A DNA stretch of 63,039 nt, counting the filler, from Choristocarpus tenellus KU-1152 (Eukaryota; Protista; Phaeophyceae): the NCBI GenBank assembly GCA_964200185.2. It is 11 parts of 11 records of this genome, joined end to end, with 100 filler letters (N's around TTAATTAATTAA, not from the genome) between each part and the next. Parts side by side here need not be neighbours in the genome. Positions count along the whole stretch, not along the records: positions 10,742 to 15,959 come from CAXNAD020011466.1; positions 16,060 to 20,055 come from CAXNAD020016752.1; positions 20,156 to 31,242 come from CAXNAD020002516.1; 8 more parts are not named here. One strand, 5' to 3'. The notes under the pieces were generated by a model that worked only from the letters and a program-made list of their open reading frames with translations, was not told the DNA's origin and ran no database searches. The position numbers and the translations under genes are program-made. Position 1 is the first letter of the stretch, and each line of letters opens with the position of its first letter. This document shows positions 13,285 to 25,512 of the stretch, piece after piece.

Positions 13285-14932
13285 TTACAAGCCAACAAAG
13301 AACATACCCACAGTCATAGAGACAACACCTACAACAGTGGCCACAGAGGTGCTACCCAACACACTAGCAGAACCATTGGTTCCTTCCTCAACTCCAAGTC
13401 CAGCTGAATCATCATCCTGAATTTCTACAGTGGGGGCCGGTGTGGGGGAGTCCGTTGGTCCACATCCACATTCAATTTCCACTTCCTCATTTCCTGTACC
13501 TGAAAATGTGAGCCAGGGGGATAGGCTACTGTTAAGAGACTTGCTGCCACAGTGTAGGGGAAATAGAGGAGCAGTATGGATGGAAACAACAGGGGCAAAC
13601 ACTCACATACAATACAAGAGAGAAGATATCATACCAGTAGAGAGACATTATATTGACATTGACAACAAGATTAGGATTGCATTGTCCAGCATGCAGGCAA
13701 AGAGAGTGACATGCGTAAAGAGGGTAACTCAAGCACCGAGGCCACGTGGACTACAACAGGGAGAAACGTTCTTGAACTCATGCAGTTCAACAAAAACACA
13801 ACAAAAACAAGGAGACAGCTGGGGCGCTTGGAAAAATACTACACCTGTTCTTGCAGATCCTAAGCAAAAGTCAACAAAATATTCAACAGATACACCACCA
13901 GAAACTCCCAACCTACCCATGTCAATTGAAGACGACTTGCATCGATCAGAGTGTACGTATATCTGCATGAGGCATCTCAAGAGAAGCAAGCAGATTTCAA
14001 CTCACAGAACCACGTAGTGACGTCCGCTGGTGTGAATTCAGATGCGAACTCAACTGAAGTACAGAGTATGGTGTTGTTAGTATTTGTCTCTCCTGTCGCA
14101 AGTGCCCAGACGTCATCCTGAGTGTTGCCAGAGGGACGAAATGGTAGGAGACGGATGTCAGCCCAGCTACAGTAGAAAAATTGGCATGATCAAGCAAGTA
14201 AAAACCACTCTATAACCTCGCAGCCCGAGCAAGAAAAACAGGAAAAAACTCCTCCTGTGCAGCGTCCCTACCTTTTGAGGAATTCATAAATCACATATTG
14301 CCTTCTTGCCCCACTCAGCAATCAAATCGCATTCAACATTTACCAATCGCTGCAAAAAGGTGGTGAGACGCTCACCGTTGTGGAAAATATGAACGACCCT
14401 GCAGCGATAGTCCCTGAAGGAGTGTACACCTCCGCATCGTTGAAGATGGTGGTGGTTTGTTCGTGGCAGCCCTCAATTTGCGGCAAAAGGTCCGAAGTCA
14501 CCAAAAATTCAGTTTGGGAACACGTAACCTGCAGGAGACGATCAGCAAGCTCCTGCTCTTTGCCCCACTTCCAGAGACGGGCGGTCAAACCAGAGAGAAC
14601 AAGGTGGGCAAGATGGAGCACCGAGTCGTTCATCACCTACTACCGGGTTCATTGCTCTCCACATTCTTTCAGTCAGTATCTTAGTGGCAATGAAGGTATT
14701 TATGGAGCGAGACATGTTCTTTGATTGGGTTTTGGATTTCTGATCAAACCAGTCTTGAAAATCAACAAATGTAAAATGTTGACCAAGTCGGATAGGCGTG
14801 CCGTGGGACCTGAAAAGAACAAAGGGATCACAAAGCTCATGGCACCTTGCGATTGTGACATACCTGATCGAACATGGATGCACCTTCTGTCACCGCCAAA
14901 CCACAGAAAGCCAGCATGAAGAACTTCGTCAT
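13285..14932 (-). CDS. Secreted Cys-rich, probably GPI-anchored protein of unknown function, 182 aa: complement(join(13285..13499,14006..14117,14376..14528,14864..14932))
   Basis: Four phase-compatible exons with donors GTATGT, GTGAGC and GTGAGT and CAG acceptors. The protein has a signal-peptide-like N-terminus MTKFFMLAFCGLAVTEGA, six Cys in the mature part, a PTDSPTPAPT linker and a hydrophobic C-terminus VATVVGVVSMTVGMFFVGL. Confidence 0.75.
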
Positions 14933-16059
14933 TTCTTCCTGGCTGCGTTAAGCTTTCTGACACAGGCGAGTATCCGAGAATGGAGGGGTGAACGGCGAGT
15001 TAGGAGGAGGTGAAACAGTAGAACGGACCAGCAAACATGAGCCTCATCACTAAAATGCGGATACAGTCAAAGGATTCAGTAGCAGGTCGAACAAACATCC
15101 ATCCCACTCCCCGTCCATTCCATCATGAGTGTTCACCTCATCCACATACCAATATTTATGGAACCTCTGAGTGTTTTCGGTCTTGCAAGCGTTTCCTTGT
15201 TCCAGATGTAAGTTGTGTTTTGACCTGGGTGTGGTTTCTTTAGCGTTCTTGAATATTGTTAATTGCCGAATGATACTGTTTGCTGTATCTGAAGGATGAT
15301 GTGATATGATGACCAATTGTTGGAGTTGGTTACAATCTTTCATCTTTCCTAGAAAAGGAACCCTCAAATAATTGGAGAACTCAAATAAAAAGGAAGGTTT
15401 TATTTTTCTACAGGCCCTGGGTCTTTTCAAGGTTTGGTTCCTTGTAATTGATTGGTTGCTCGATATGTGCTCATTCTTGATCAATTGATGAATATGGTTG
15501 ACATTTTCGGACGTGAGTCAAAAGATAAAACATGCGCATTCAAAATGGGTTGTAAGGTATGGTAAGAAAGGTAATCTAAAAACAGAGGAGAAAGAAAGAA
15601 GAAGTGCAACAAAATGTAGGATTTGTTGCTTCAAGTTCTTGGAACTGGTTCCATGGTATTCGTGTATAGCTTCCATACAACTAATAATTCCAGGAACTAT
15701 CTGAGGATATTAAGAAAAAAAATGGAATATTGCCCTGTCTGTTTAGGAATTCCATACACTATACAATGTTAACAGTTCCAATCAACTCTTGCTGGCTCGA
15801 TACTTTTTGTTCTATATTGTAGTTGTCATATGATACTATACATATACAAATACAAAATAAAAATACTGCGTTAGGCCAATCAGTCGTGGGGGGTGTTCAG
15901 AATCACCAGTGTGTCATGGTGGGGTGCTTCCCCAAGCTCTCTCAACCATCAAATCTTAANNNNNNNNNNNNNNNNNNNNNNNNNNNNNNNNNNNNNNNNN
16001 NNNTTAATTAATTAANNNNNNNNNNNNNNNNNNNNNNNNNNNNNNNNNNNNNNNNNNNN

Positions 16060-18979
16060 ACTCAATTCAACACAATAATGTCATATACACAAAATAAGGT
16101 ACACCTCACTATTGTCCTATTTTGCACCGACACAATGTATAGTGCTATGGGTAATTGAGCTCCCTCTGCAGCAGAGAAAAAAACGTTGTTGAGGCGAAAA
16201 AAGTGTTATCCCCTGGTACATTACGCTTGCATTTATTTGTGTGTATCTGCGTCCATCAATTGCGCTCTGGTCATGTCTAGATACTACCTCCGCGCCATAG
16301 ATAGGTCTGTGCCGCGGTGTCCTTAACTTTTGAAGATGGTGATGAAATTAATTTCTGAAAGATTTGGAATCCTTGACGAATTTCTTATTTTTGTTATTTC
16401 TACTTCCCATCTACGACAATTTTATCAGTCACGGGAAAAGCCTCCATGTATACCCTCGGCATGTTTCAAGGTCACCAGTCAACTGCCTCTTCCTTACCCC
16501 TGAGTACTCCATACTGAAGTCATTCCCCCCTTTGTATCTAAGTACTTGATTATACACCACAAAAAGGAGCTGCCAAGCCCTCTCAAGTGTGGTTTCATCA
16601 TACTTCTCATGCTGTTTCTTAACGACCTTCACCATCTCCTCAACAGACCCAAACCGCTCCCCCATCACCCAGCATTTCAGAAGAAGCTCACCAGGAAGCA
16701 CACTCCATGATATTGAGGTCGGGGGAGTTAGATGGCTTCGTCACAGCCCTAATCGACCACCCCTCAGTCTTCCCTGACCCTGACAAGATTTCTAGGTTGC
16801 CCTTGCCCATGTGGGGGGTGGCACCGTCTTGCTGAATGACAACGTGCTTCCCTTGCAACCAAGGCATCTTGGTCTTGATTGCAGGCAGTAACTCCTCCGT
16901 GTACCACTTCCTGTGTACCACAAATGGTCTAAAGTACAGTCCTCATACACATCCCCTTTTATGGTTCTTGCTTCTCCCCTGTCTGCCGTCTTTGGTGCAC
17001 ACACATGCCGAACACCAAGCTTTCCATCAAAACTGTGAGTCAAATCTGGGCGGGCATTGGCTGCAATGATCATGGTTTGGGGGATATGACTCTTGCGCTG
17101 GACAGTAAGGGACCCTGGAAGGTCGCTATCATCCTCATGTGGAAATACCCTAACCCTTCCCCATCAGTCATCACGTAAAACCAGGTTTCATCCACATCGA
17201 TCGTGTTCGCCATCGAGGTGTACAAACCACGTTTCCAGTCTACTTGTTCGCAAACAAAGTCTATTCTCCATACCTTTTGCCAGGATTTATTCTTGAGTTT
17301 GATCTAGTGGCGATTCGGCATAGCCCCCATATCATTCAACCACCTGTTTATGGTGCTCGTGCTATAATTCAGCCCCTTGGCGACCATCTTCATTGTCACC
17401 TAACGCACTGTGTGGATGACCGATTATCAGAGTTGATACTATGTATTGTGGCCATCTTGGATGGTGTGAGCTCCGAAGGCTGCCCACTACATGCTGCCAT
17501 CCCTAGGTCAAGTGTGTGGGCATGGGTGAGCTGATCGGCGACATCCTCCTAGAGCCCTTGCATGTAACGCTCAGACACTTCAAACTCCACGAAGGTTGGC
17601 CCAACGTGTCGCGGCAGTATATGCTCACCAGGGACCATCGTGAGGGTATGCCGCACTGCAAGCGCAACCCTAGTATTCAGGGACACTTGGGCACCCTTCC
17701 TACACGGGGGGTTCGACGTGGGGGTTACCGTGCTGACATTCTGACCCTCGACATGCCCAGTTCTGGCCTCAAAATCACCCCAAAAGACCCCTACTTTGAT
17801 GGCTTGAAGCACCTCGGGTTTGTACCTGATCCTCGACTTCCACCTTTTCTTAAAGCTGAGATTGTCAAACGATTTCATTCTGTGGGGTTATCGTTCGATT
17901 CGGCGCTGTTCTCGCTCGGCAACCCCAGATCTTTCGCAGCACAACTTAATACACAGAGGTAGTATTATTTGTGTCTCATATGTAAGTCAATGGCTATGTA
18001 CGAGTAGTTCAATTGCAATACCAAACTCTATACATAATTCAGATGTACTATCTCATTAGTTACATCACGTGGACTCAACCCAACAGAACGATCTCACATT
18101 CACAAAATAGGGTGCACCTTACTATTGTCCTATTTTGCACACAGTTCTCTTGTCCTCCGTTGGTGCTCTCGCTGCCTATTCATGTTTTCCTGTGTTGCAA
18201 TCGCCGCTTTCAAATATGTAAGTAACCAGCAGTTTTGGTGGATCATATGTCAGGTACAGACTCGCAGTGTCAGCATTTCCAGAAGGATGGAAGATGGCTA
18301 GGGGAACACAAGGCTTGCCTTGCATGTGAACTATAGGTACCCCTGTCAAGAAGGTGTGACACAAGGAGAAAGGATAGACAATGGATGCTCCGGCTAAGTA
18401 CCTCGGCAATGAGAAAAAGGAAGGGCAGGAGAAGATGGATGAACAGCGAACAAAAGGACACACTGGAGATGGCAAAGAGGGAGGGGAGATTGTTCGTTCG
18501 GATCAGTGGGTCATAAAACTCTACTGGATTTGGTTACGATGAGGGAAAAGTCTTTCTATGACAGTTGTGGAAAGGAGGGTCGTCTGTTATCATACCTTTA
18601 TTGCTGTATGCCATATGCCGTTGTACGGATTGGGGTTCCTTGTTGTGCAATTAACTTGGAAGGTATTGCTATTTGATCAGTAGTGAAGACAAGAAGGTGT
18701 GGAGCCTCACACGATTCCCCATTGCTGATTGTGATTATATGGTAGAATAGAAGAGTGACCTTTTGGGGTGTCTTCTTATTGTTTGTTATTATTTTTTTGT
18801 GCCTCACACGTAAGTTAATGGCTATGTCAGAGTAGTTGATTGCAGAACCAAACCCATACATAATCCCCATACATAATCAGGATGTACTATCTCATTAGTT
18901 ACATCACATGGACTCAATCAAATGCCATAATATTACATCCACAGAATAGGGTACACCATACTATTGTCCTATTTTGCAC
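16060..18979 (+). repeat. Dispersed about 180-bp repeat family C, three direct copies (16060-16127 partial, about 17961-18140, about 18787-18979)
   Basis: Copies 2 and 3 share GATGTACTATCTCATTAGTTACATCAC; all three end in CTATTGTCCTATTTTGCAC. Confidence 0.85.
16429..17880 (-). pseudogene. Frameshifted mariner transposase of the plant/stramenopile DD39D type
   Basis: Motifs across frames: VDETWFY, FDGKLG, LLPAIKTKMPW, VIQQDGATPH, PSNSPDLNI, KGGNDF. There are multiple stops and frameshifts, and no TIR pair was identified. Confidence 0.88.
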
Positions 18980-19267
18980 ACTCCCCCACGAGAGTGCAGA
19001 TAATGAAGGGTTGCTGGAACACTCAAACCTAATATATATCCATAATCAGAACGAAATTCGTCTACAAACTTGTCAATACTGTCTGTCTGAATGGTCCCGA
19101 ATGCTTTCGGTTACATATTACATTATTTTATATCTTATTCTGCACACCCCGCCATGAGAGAGGAAGTTAAAGGACACAGATTGCTTCAACTCTCACATAA
19201 CTACATTAATCTTGGTCAACACAGTAAAAGAACACAGATTGCTTCAATTCTAACACACGACATTCAT

Positions 19268-20037
19268 CTAGTCAGCACAGGGTTTAGGAAGTCTTCTGCC
19301 TGGCTCTTTCATCATCTTTTTTTTTGTCAAGATGTCTACAAGTTGTAGCTCTGTGGGTATATACCTTTCTGTAAAAAATCCTTTGCTGACATACTCCCTG
19401 GTGCATTTCAGCTTGATATATGATGGTGGAACTTTGAACCAGCTCCCCTCTGCTCTTTTCTTGGTGAACATAGCACTCTCTTCCTCAGGCTTGAAGCCTA
19501 TCGTAATTGAATGTTTTATACACCCTCTCGTTGAGTGAAGTCCTGTGCCACCAACCTGACCTCGAACTTTTCAGTGGTCCCCTCGCCTGTTGGCTTTGTC
19601 TTAAATTCGGACTTAGTCTTGACAGGTTTTTTCCCCCTGTCAAAATCTCTTCCTCTATGAATGTTCCCTTCATCTTCTCCATCACCCCTTGCCATTTTCG
19701 TGTGTCAGGCCCCACGAGTGCCTCACATATAGAAGATGGTTCTGGATGGCTTTGAGTAGATGGTACATACTCCCCAGATTTCCAGTCTTGTGCTGGCAGT
19801 CCTTTGCTAATAACCTGCCTCGCCAGGGTGCCTCTGATATAGAAGACGGTTCTTGATGGTCTGGAGTAGGTAGTACTTACTCCTCAGACTTTCAAGCCTT
19901 GTGCAGACAGCCCTTTGCCAACAACCTTCCCTGTGAGAACAATCAAGGTCTGTCATTGTGGCATCCACCTTGGAAAGAGCAACGCCTTACCCTACCAGGG
20001 ATGGTTGTGTGGCTCCTTCTCACTCAGGAGTTGAAGA
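19268..20037 (-). mobile_element. Ty1/Copia pol relic, internally deleted
   Basis: EPSSICEALVGPDTRKWQGVM (start of the Copia RT region) is followed closely by REYVSKG..YIPTELQLVDILTK (end of Copia RNase H). A 110-bp direct duplication lies at about 19718/19828. Confidence 0.7.
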
Positions 20038-20203
20038 GGGTCAAAGTATCTGGGANNNNNNNNNNNNNNNNNNNNNNNNNNNNNNNNNNNNNNNNNNNNT
20101 TAATTAATTAANNNNNNNNNNNNNNNNNNNNNNNNNNNNNNNNNNNNNNNNNNNNCTGAATGGACACCCTGGTGTAGACCCCCCCCCCCAGATACTTAGA
20201 GCC
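20038..20203. mobile_element. MITE family B ends on either side of a linker (20038-20055 and 20156-20203)
   Basis: GGGTCAAAGTATCTGGG before the gap; GGACACCCTGGTGTAGACCCC..CAGATACTTAGAGCC after it. Confidence 0.75.
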
Positions 20204-20675
20204 AAAGTGATGCCATGATTTAGCATATGATATTCCTGCAAAATGCCGCCTTTTTGCCCTTCCTCGGGATCCTCAAAAAGTAACCCTGCCTACCTCTCAA
20301 TTCATTTGGCTTCAGAGAAGCAAAAAAAAGACAGGTCTACTCGGTTGAACAAAAAAAATTACACCAGGAAAGAGAAGATAAACGGAAACACTGGATGAGG
20401 TGTTGCTCACTTTCGTGGTGGGTGAATTACAAGGAACGAGGAAGCTCTCTCGCCTTCCAAGGTGTGCGAAAGTCCTGATCAATGACATCGAGAAAATGCA
20501 TTATAGGTGCCTAAGACGGACCCAACAACATACGGTGTAAATTCTCCAAGTGCTTCAAAAGCAGACATATCCCCTTTGTCGACAGTCTTGAGGTTTCTCT
20601 CTTTTTTCCCCTCTAGATCAACCATAGTTTGTAATGTCGGAGTCAGGTACTATGTGGTACTGCTTACCTGCAACA

Positions 20676-20935
20676 GAGTCAAAGTATCTTAGAGGGTAGA
20701 GTTGCATCCATTTAGGGGAAAAAATCAAACGTTGCGATTTTGATGTAATTTTGCCTACTATCGTGTTTGTTAGGAAGTGTCAATATCCTTGTTCCAGACG
20801 CACCTCTTCATGAAATACATTTTCCTACTCCGAAACATTTTGGAGTAGGAAAATGTCATACAAATACTCCATGGAAAGCCAAGCCCCAAATGGACAAACA
20901 GGGCAAAACTCGTACCCTCGAAGATAATTTCGCTC
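20676..20935 (+). mobile_element. MITE family A, full length (presumed IFT80 intron)
   Basis: GAGTCAAAGTATCTTAGAGGGTA ... TACCCTCGAAGATAATTTCGCTC; no clean TSD. Confidence 0.9.
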
Positions 20936-21256
20936 TTACTTTGAATTGAGAACTGTCGCGTTGCACTGGGCCACAGGTACAAACCAGAACTGTCCAGCAA
21001 CCAAAGGCAGGAGAAACAACACCAACCCGTACTCTCTTTGCAAGCCAAAAAATGCTCTTTGTTGGATGAAGGCCATCAGCACAAACCAGGACTGTCGACG
21101 ACAAAAATGCAAAGTAGTATCAAGACCAAAGTGTGAACCCCAGAGTACTTACTCCCTCGATAGCCAAGTCACACTGTCCAAAGTGCAGAGGGACGTACAA
21201 GGACATAGGCACAAACCAGAACAATAAAAAAAAAGAAAAGCAGCAGTATTACCGAC

Positions 21257-24200
21257 CTGTACTCCCTTGACAGCCAAGTCATGTCCAGCCCCTGCCACGA
21301 TTGACTCCGAGTCTGGGCTCCAAGCGAGAGCATATAAACTGTGCCCTGTTTGCATCAGGGTGGATCGCAAGTTTCCACCCCGGGACCAGATCTGGACTCA
21401 ATTCCACAATGCATGCATCCATGATTCCCCCATGTGTGTGCCATTTTTAGAGTTTTCATACAGAGGGGAGAGATGTCGTCATGGCTGGTCATGTTCAGGA
21501 TTAGTGAAGAGAGAAGGCAGACTTGAAAGTGGTGAAGGACTTTGGGCGCTAGCCTGGTCCTCTATAGTTCTCTCGCCACGTGATTGCAAGGGCTTAGTTC
21601 TGTATCATCGTATCCAAGTACAAGGGGTATTGTGGGTTGGAGTAACTGTGATATTTGAAAGAATAAGTAACCCTCCTAAACTTGAGCTTCAAAATTCAGA
21701 ATGAGGGTGAGAGAAACTGACGGTGCTGTGCCACACAATGAGAACCAGAAGTACAAATTGAATCATGAGGGCTCAGCATGTTTCAGTTCTCATCGATGCA
21801 CTGAATATTCTATTTTTACCTTGGTGCAGAATTGACTGAGAACTACAGGCAAATGAAGATTCATCTGCATACTATTTCCTAGTGCATGTACCATAAGTTC
21901 ACCACAAATGTCTTGTGTGACCCTAGGTTGACCTTTGACTCAAAGTATCTCGGGGGGGGGGGGTCACGGTTGTCCATTCAGGGCCCATTTTTCCATGTCG
22001 CGATTTTTGGGTAATTTGGTTGCATGCTTCGGATGGATAATAAAATTCACTTCTCCTGGCCAGGGCCCGAATGGATACCCTGGTGTAGACCCCTTCCCCC
22101 CCCCCCAGATACTTTAAGCCTGTCATTCTGCCATGCAGTTTGAAGTGTGTTATCTTAAGTGTATTTATGCTTTTTTCTTCAAAATTTTGTCTCAAAACAT
22201 ATCGTCCTGATACTGTAACTACCTTAACCAGTATGAGAATGCATGGGCATAAAGTGGAAGTGCTTGGTAGCCTTCACAAGCCAGTCCCAACACTACAGAT
22301 GTTGTAACATATGAGTGAAAGGATCTTAGCGGGTACGAGTTTTGCCCCGTTTGTCCGTTTGGGGCTTGGCTCCCCATGTTTTTTTTAATGACATTTTCCT
22401 ACTCCAAAATACGTTATGAGAAAGGTGTGTCCGGAACAAGGATGTTGACACTTCTTAACAAACGCGATAGCCAAAATTACATCAAAAACGCAACATTGGA
22501 TTTTGGCCCCCAAATGGACGCGGCCCTACCCTTAAGATACTTTGGCTCTACACATGCACTCAACGTACATTTAGTCCCCACCTTGACATCACCATCTTCT
22601 CCGCAAGAGCAGAGTGCACTTCCATCTGGACTCCAAGATACACTCACCACTGCTCCTGTGTGAGCTACCATCTGTGTGCAAGATTAAGGTCCATTAAGTA
22701 TGAATCTGTGCATTGAACTTTTAATATCCTTGGAATTCATGTGGGCGAATATTTACGACTGACTTTCCTTATTCACAGCAGTCTGCATCTTCATAGAGGT
22801 TAACCATCTTGCAAGAACTTTGACAGGGATATGGGTATTAGCTTGAAGTGAGTGGTAATGACTATTGTCTTGTTTTGCTTCAATTGATATGGGAGTGGTG
22901 TGGACTTTCTTGTAGATACTTGCTGAAGTTAGTGCCCATCACATGGCATCTGAGAGAAGCGCACTCTTGCTTGAAGAAACGAACCTCGTGTTCTTTGTGA
23001 AAAGAGCTATGACATATGCTATCTTTGCCTCTAGATCAAAGACATAGTGGTATACGGGGGAAGCAATTATAGAGAATTCCTCTACAGTGTGTATGTCAAG
23101 AGTCCCGTTTGTTGTTACGAGGGAGTAGGTCTATGAATTGTAAGTGTGTTTGAGTTAGCATTGTCAATTGCTACCACAGGGGAACAAAATATGTCCTAAA
23201 GGCATGCATTAATGCAGTGTCTGATAGGCATCAAATTCATGGTTCCGAAGACGCCCTTGATGTCTTTAAATTGATGGGTTTGCTGTCTGGACACTAGGTA
23301 GACATGGTTGGCACGGAGGAGAGTAGAATAGGAGTGTGGTCGGTAAAACAATCTTGTGCGGATTATCTCTTTTGTGGATTTGATCGAACTAAGAACACTG
23401 TCTAGTACTGATACAAGGGGTACATAATGTAAGAGATTGTTGAGAGACTACAATTCCCAAAGATAATCTGTTATTGGGCATGTACGAATGTCCTATTGGA
23501 TACAGTTACATACACACAAACCATACCTTTTTCTCTTCTCTGCCGGCACGGGTGAGAAGACGCATAGTTCCGTCAGAACAGGATATCGCAAACATGTCCG
23601 AACTTTGCTTTGCTGACCTAGGAAACCAGCTGACGGAGGTCACGAATGCATCCAAACTTGCAACCTAGCGCCAAAGGAGAAGTTGCCCATTATAATCTTT
23701 CTTAATTTCGGATTGCAGAGATGAACCTACTCGATGAGTATCCTCGATCGGATTCTCTGTACTCCTCTTGTCCGCTTTATCAGACTAGATTAGATGGCAA
23801 TACTATTGAACAATGAAGTCCGGGGTAGCGATAGCTACGGTCTACTGAAATAGCTGGTGCATCAGAACAACTGGTTATTTTTGGTGCATAAGGATCGACA
23901 TACAAAGCTCCAAGAGCCAGGAATATTGGTCAGTTGATTTTGTTGGAGGGCACCAGCAGAGTTCTCCCGTATCTAATGGGACCTTAGTACTATTACTGCG
24001 GTGTAGAGGACACCAGGACCTAGCGTGGACCGAATGTATTCTGAGGGTGACTTTGTGCTGCCTTCTCGATACGGCATCCTTTTACAAGTGTGACCAGATG
24101 AGCCAGGTATCATCAGATGCAAGGGAAGCAAAGACTGTTTTTAGCTAGGTCGCAGAATTTTTGTCATGCCACCTCGGAACTGTCAATCAGGATTCAAATA

Positions 24201-24387
24201 GCTCACTCGTGGTCCTCAGGCGGAACGATGATAAAGGACTGACCTTGCCTGTGGGTTCCCCACCCGTGCCCCATCGGTGAATGGTTTGGTCGTCAGAGAT
24301 AGAATACAAGGTGTTGTCCGGAGTCCACACAACAGCTGTCGCCATCTCCTTGTGGATTTGAGAGCAGCATTTCACGTCCAGCTTCAT
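21257..24387 (-). CDS. IFT80: Intraflagellar transport protein 80 (WD40), first four exons: complement(join(21257..21391,22582..22671,23527..23664,24244..24387)); 3' partial
   Basis: All phase-0 GT-AG introns. Translation MKLDVK..HKEMATAVVWTPDNTLYSISDDQTIHRW..SWFP..FAISCSDG..GREEK..AHTGAVVSVSWSPDGSALCSCGEDGDVKIWSRGGNLRSTLMQ..YALAWSPDS matches the IFT80 N-terminal propeller (GEDGxVKIWSRxGxLRSTLxQ). Confidence 0.93.
21937..22120 (-). mobile_element. MITE family B, full length (IFT80 intron 3)
   Basis: GACTCAAAGTATCTCGGGG ... CCCCAGATACTTTAAGCC; 184 bp. Confidence 0.9.
22313..22548 (-). mobile_element. MITE family A with a small internal deletion (IFT80 intron 3)
   Basis: GAGTGAAAGGATCTTAGCGGGTA ... 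TACCCTTAAGATACTTTGGCTC; lacks half of the central hairpin. Confidence 0.88.
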
Positions 24388-25512
24388 ATCTGGTACTGCT
24401 GATCACGTTGGTCGTCCTGACTGTTGTGCCTGTGTTGGAGTTCTCCTTCTCCAACGAACATGTGGCAGAGTGCACACCCCTGTAGTGTTATCAAGATTTC
24501 AAAGCTTTTAAGGTACTTGTGCCTTCTTTTCAAAACCACATGATGAGAAAATACCTTACTGACTCAAAAAGGGCTTAACGCGCTCTGTTGAAAGGGTGTG
24601 AAAGTGGATACGATGTAAACCTGATCCAAAATATTGATTGAACTCGTGTAACGGGATTAACCCTAACCTTATAATACATAACATTATCCCTAACACTGGG
24701 TGGGTAACGGACTGAAAACAATTGTGGAGATCAACTTAGAACATGGATATACAGAGACCTGGGGGGAATAGCAAGCTACTCTAGCGAAGAGAGCGGTACG
24801 AAACAACCCTGCTTTGCAGTCGAGATTTCTTATTTGCGGATGATATAGCCAACTGTGGTGATAGCCCTGAGATATCCTCTTCGTTGCATATCCTTGCCCC
24901 CAAACTCTTCGGAGTGTGACGATCCAGGAAAGTAGGGCAAGGAGAGTCACTTCTTGAGGTTACAGCGAAGGAAGAGTCAAAATCCTGAAATCCGTAGCCG
25001 AGGAGAGTACTGGCACTTGGTTCTTTTGCGGGTCTTAGTGGTGAGCACTGAAATCGGTCAACCTGCCCTTCAACTCATCTCTCACCTTACCAAAGCATTT
25101 CCCGATTGGACACCTAATGGCTAACATCTTTTCCATTTTTTGCCTGTATTTCAGCCTTACACTTTGCATACTTAAACCATTGTTGAACGTATGTACTGAG
25201 GTGTTGCCGAGGTTTTATTCGGATCCCCCTTTCTATATTGTAATCCACTCATTTTGACTCTTATCATACACATCTCCACTTAAGTTATCAGTCTTCTTGA
25301 CCCCCTGTGAAACTTTGTGTAATTTATCCAAGAAGCTTCAACATTGTCTCTCTAAGAACAGGATATGTGAATGACTCTGAGTCCTTTGTAAAAATATGCA
25401 GGGAGAGCTTAGAATTCTGTTTCTCTTAACACACCATAATACATCCCTGGTAGACTAGACCGTAACTCTTACACACTACCGACTGGACCTCTTCAGGGGG
25501 TATAGGAAGAGC
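24388..25512. promoter_or_regulatory. Putative shared divergent promoter and 5' UTR region of IFT80 and SSNA1
   Basis: The two start codons face outward with 1125 bp between them on one contig; no specific cis-element identified. Confidence 0.5.
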
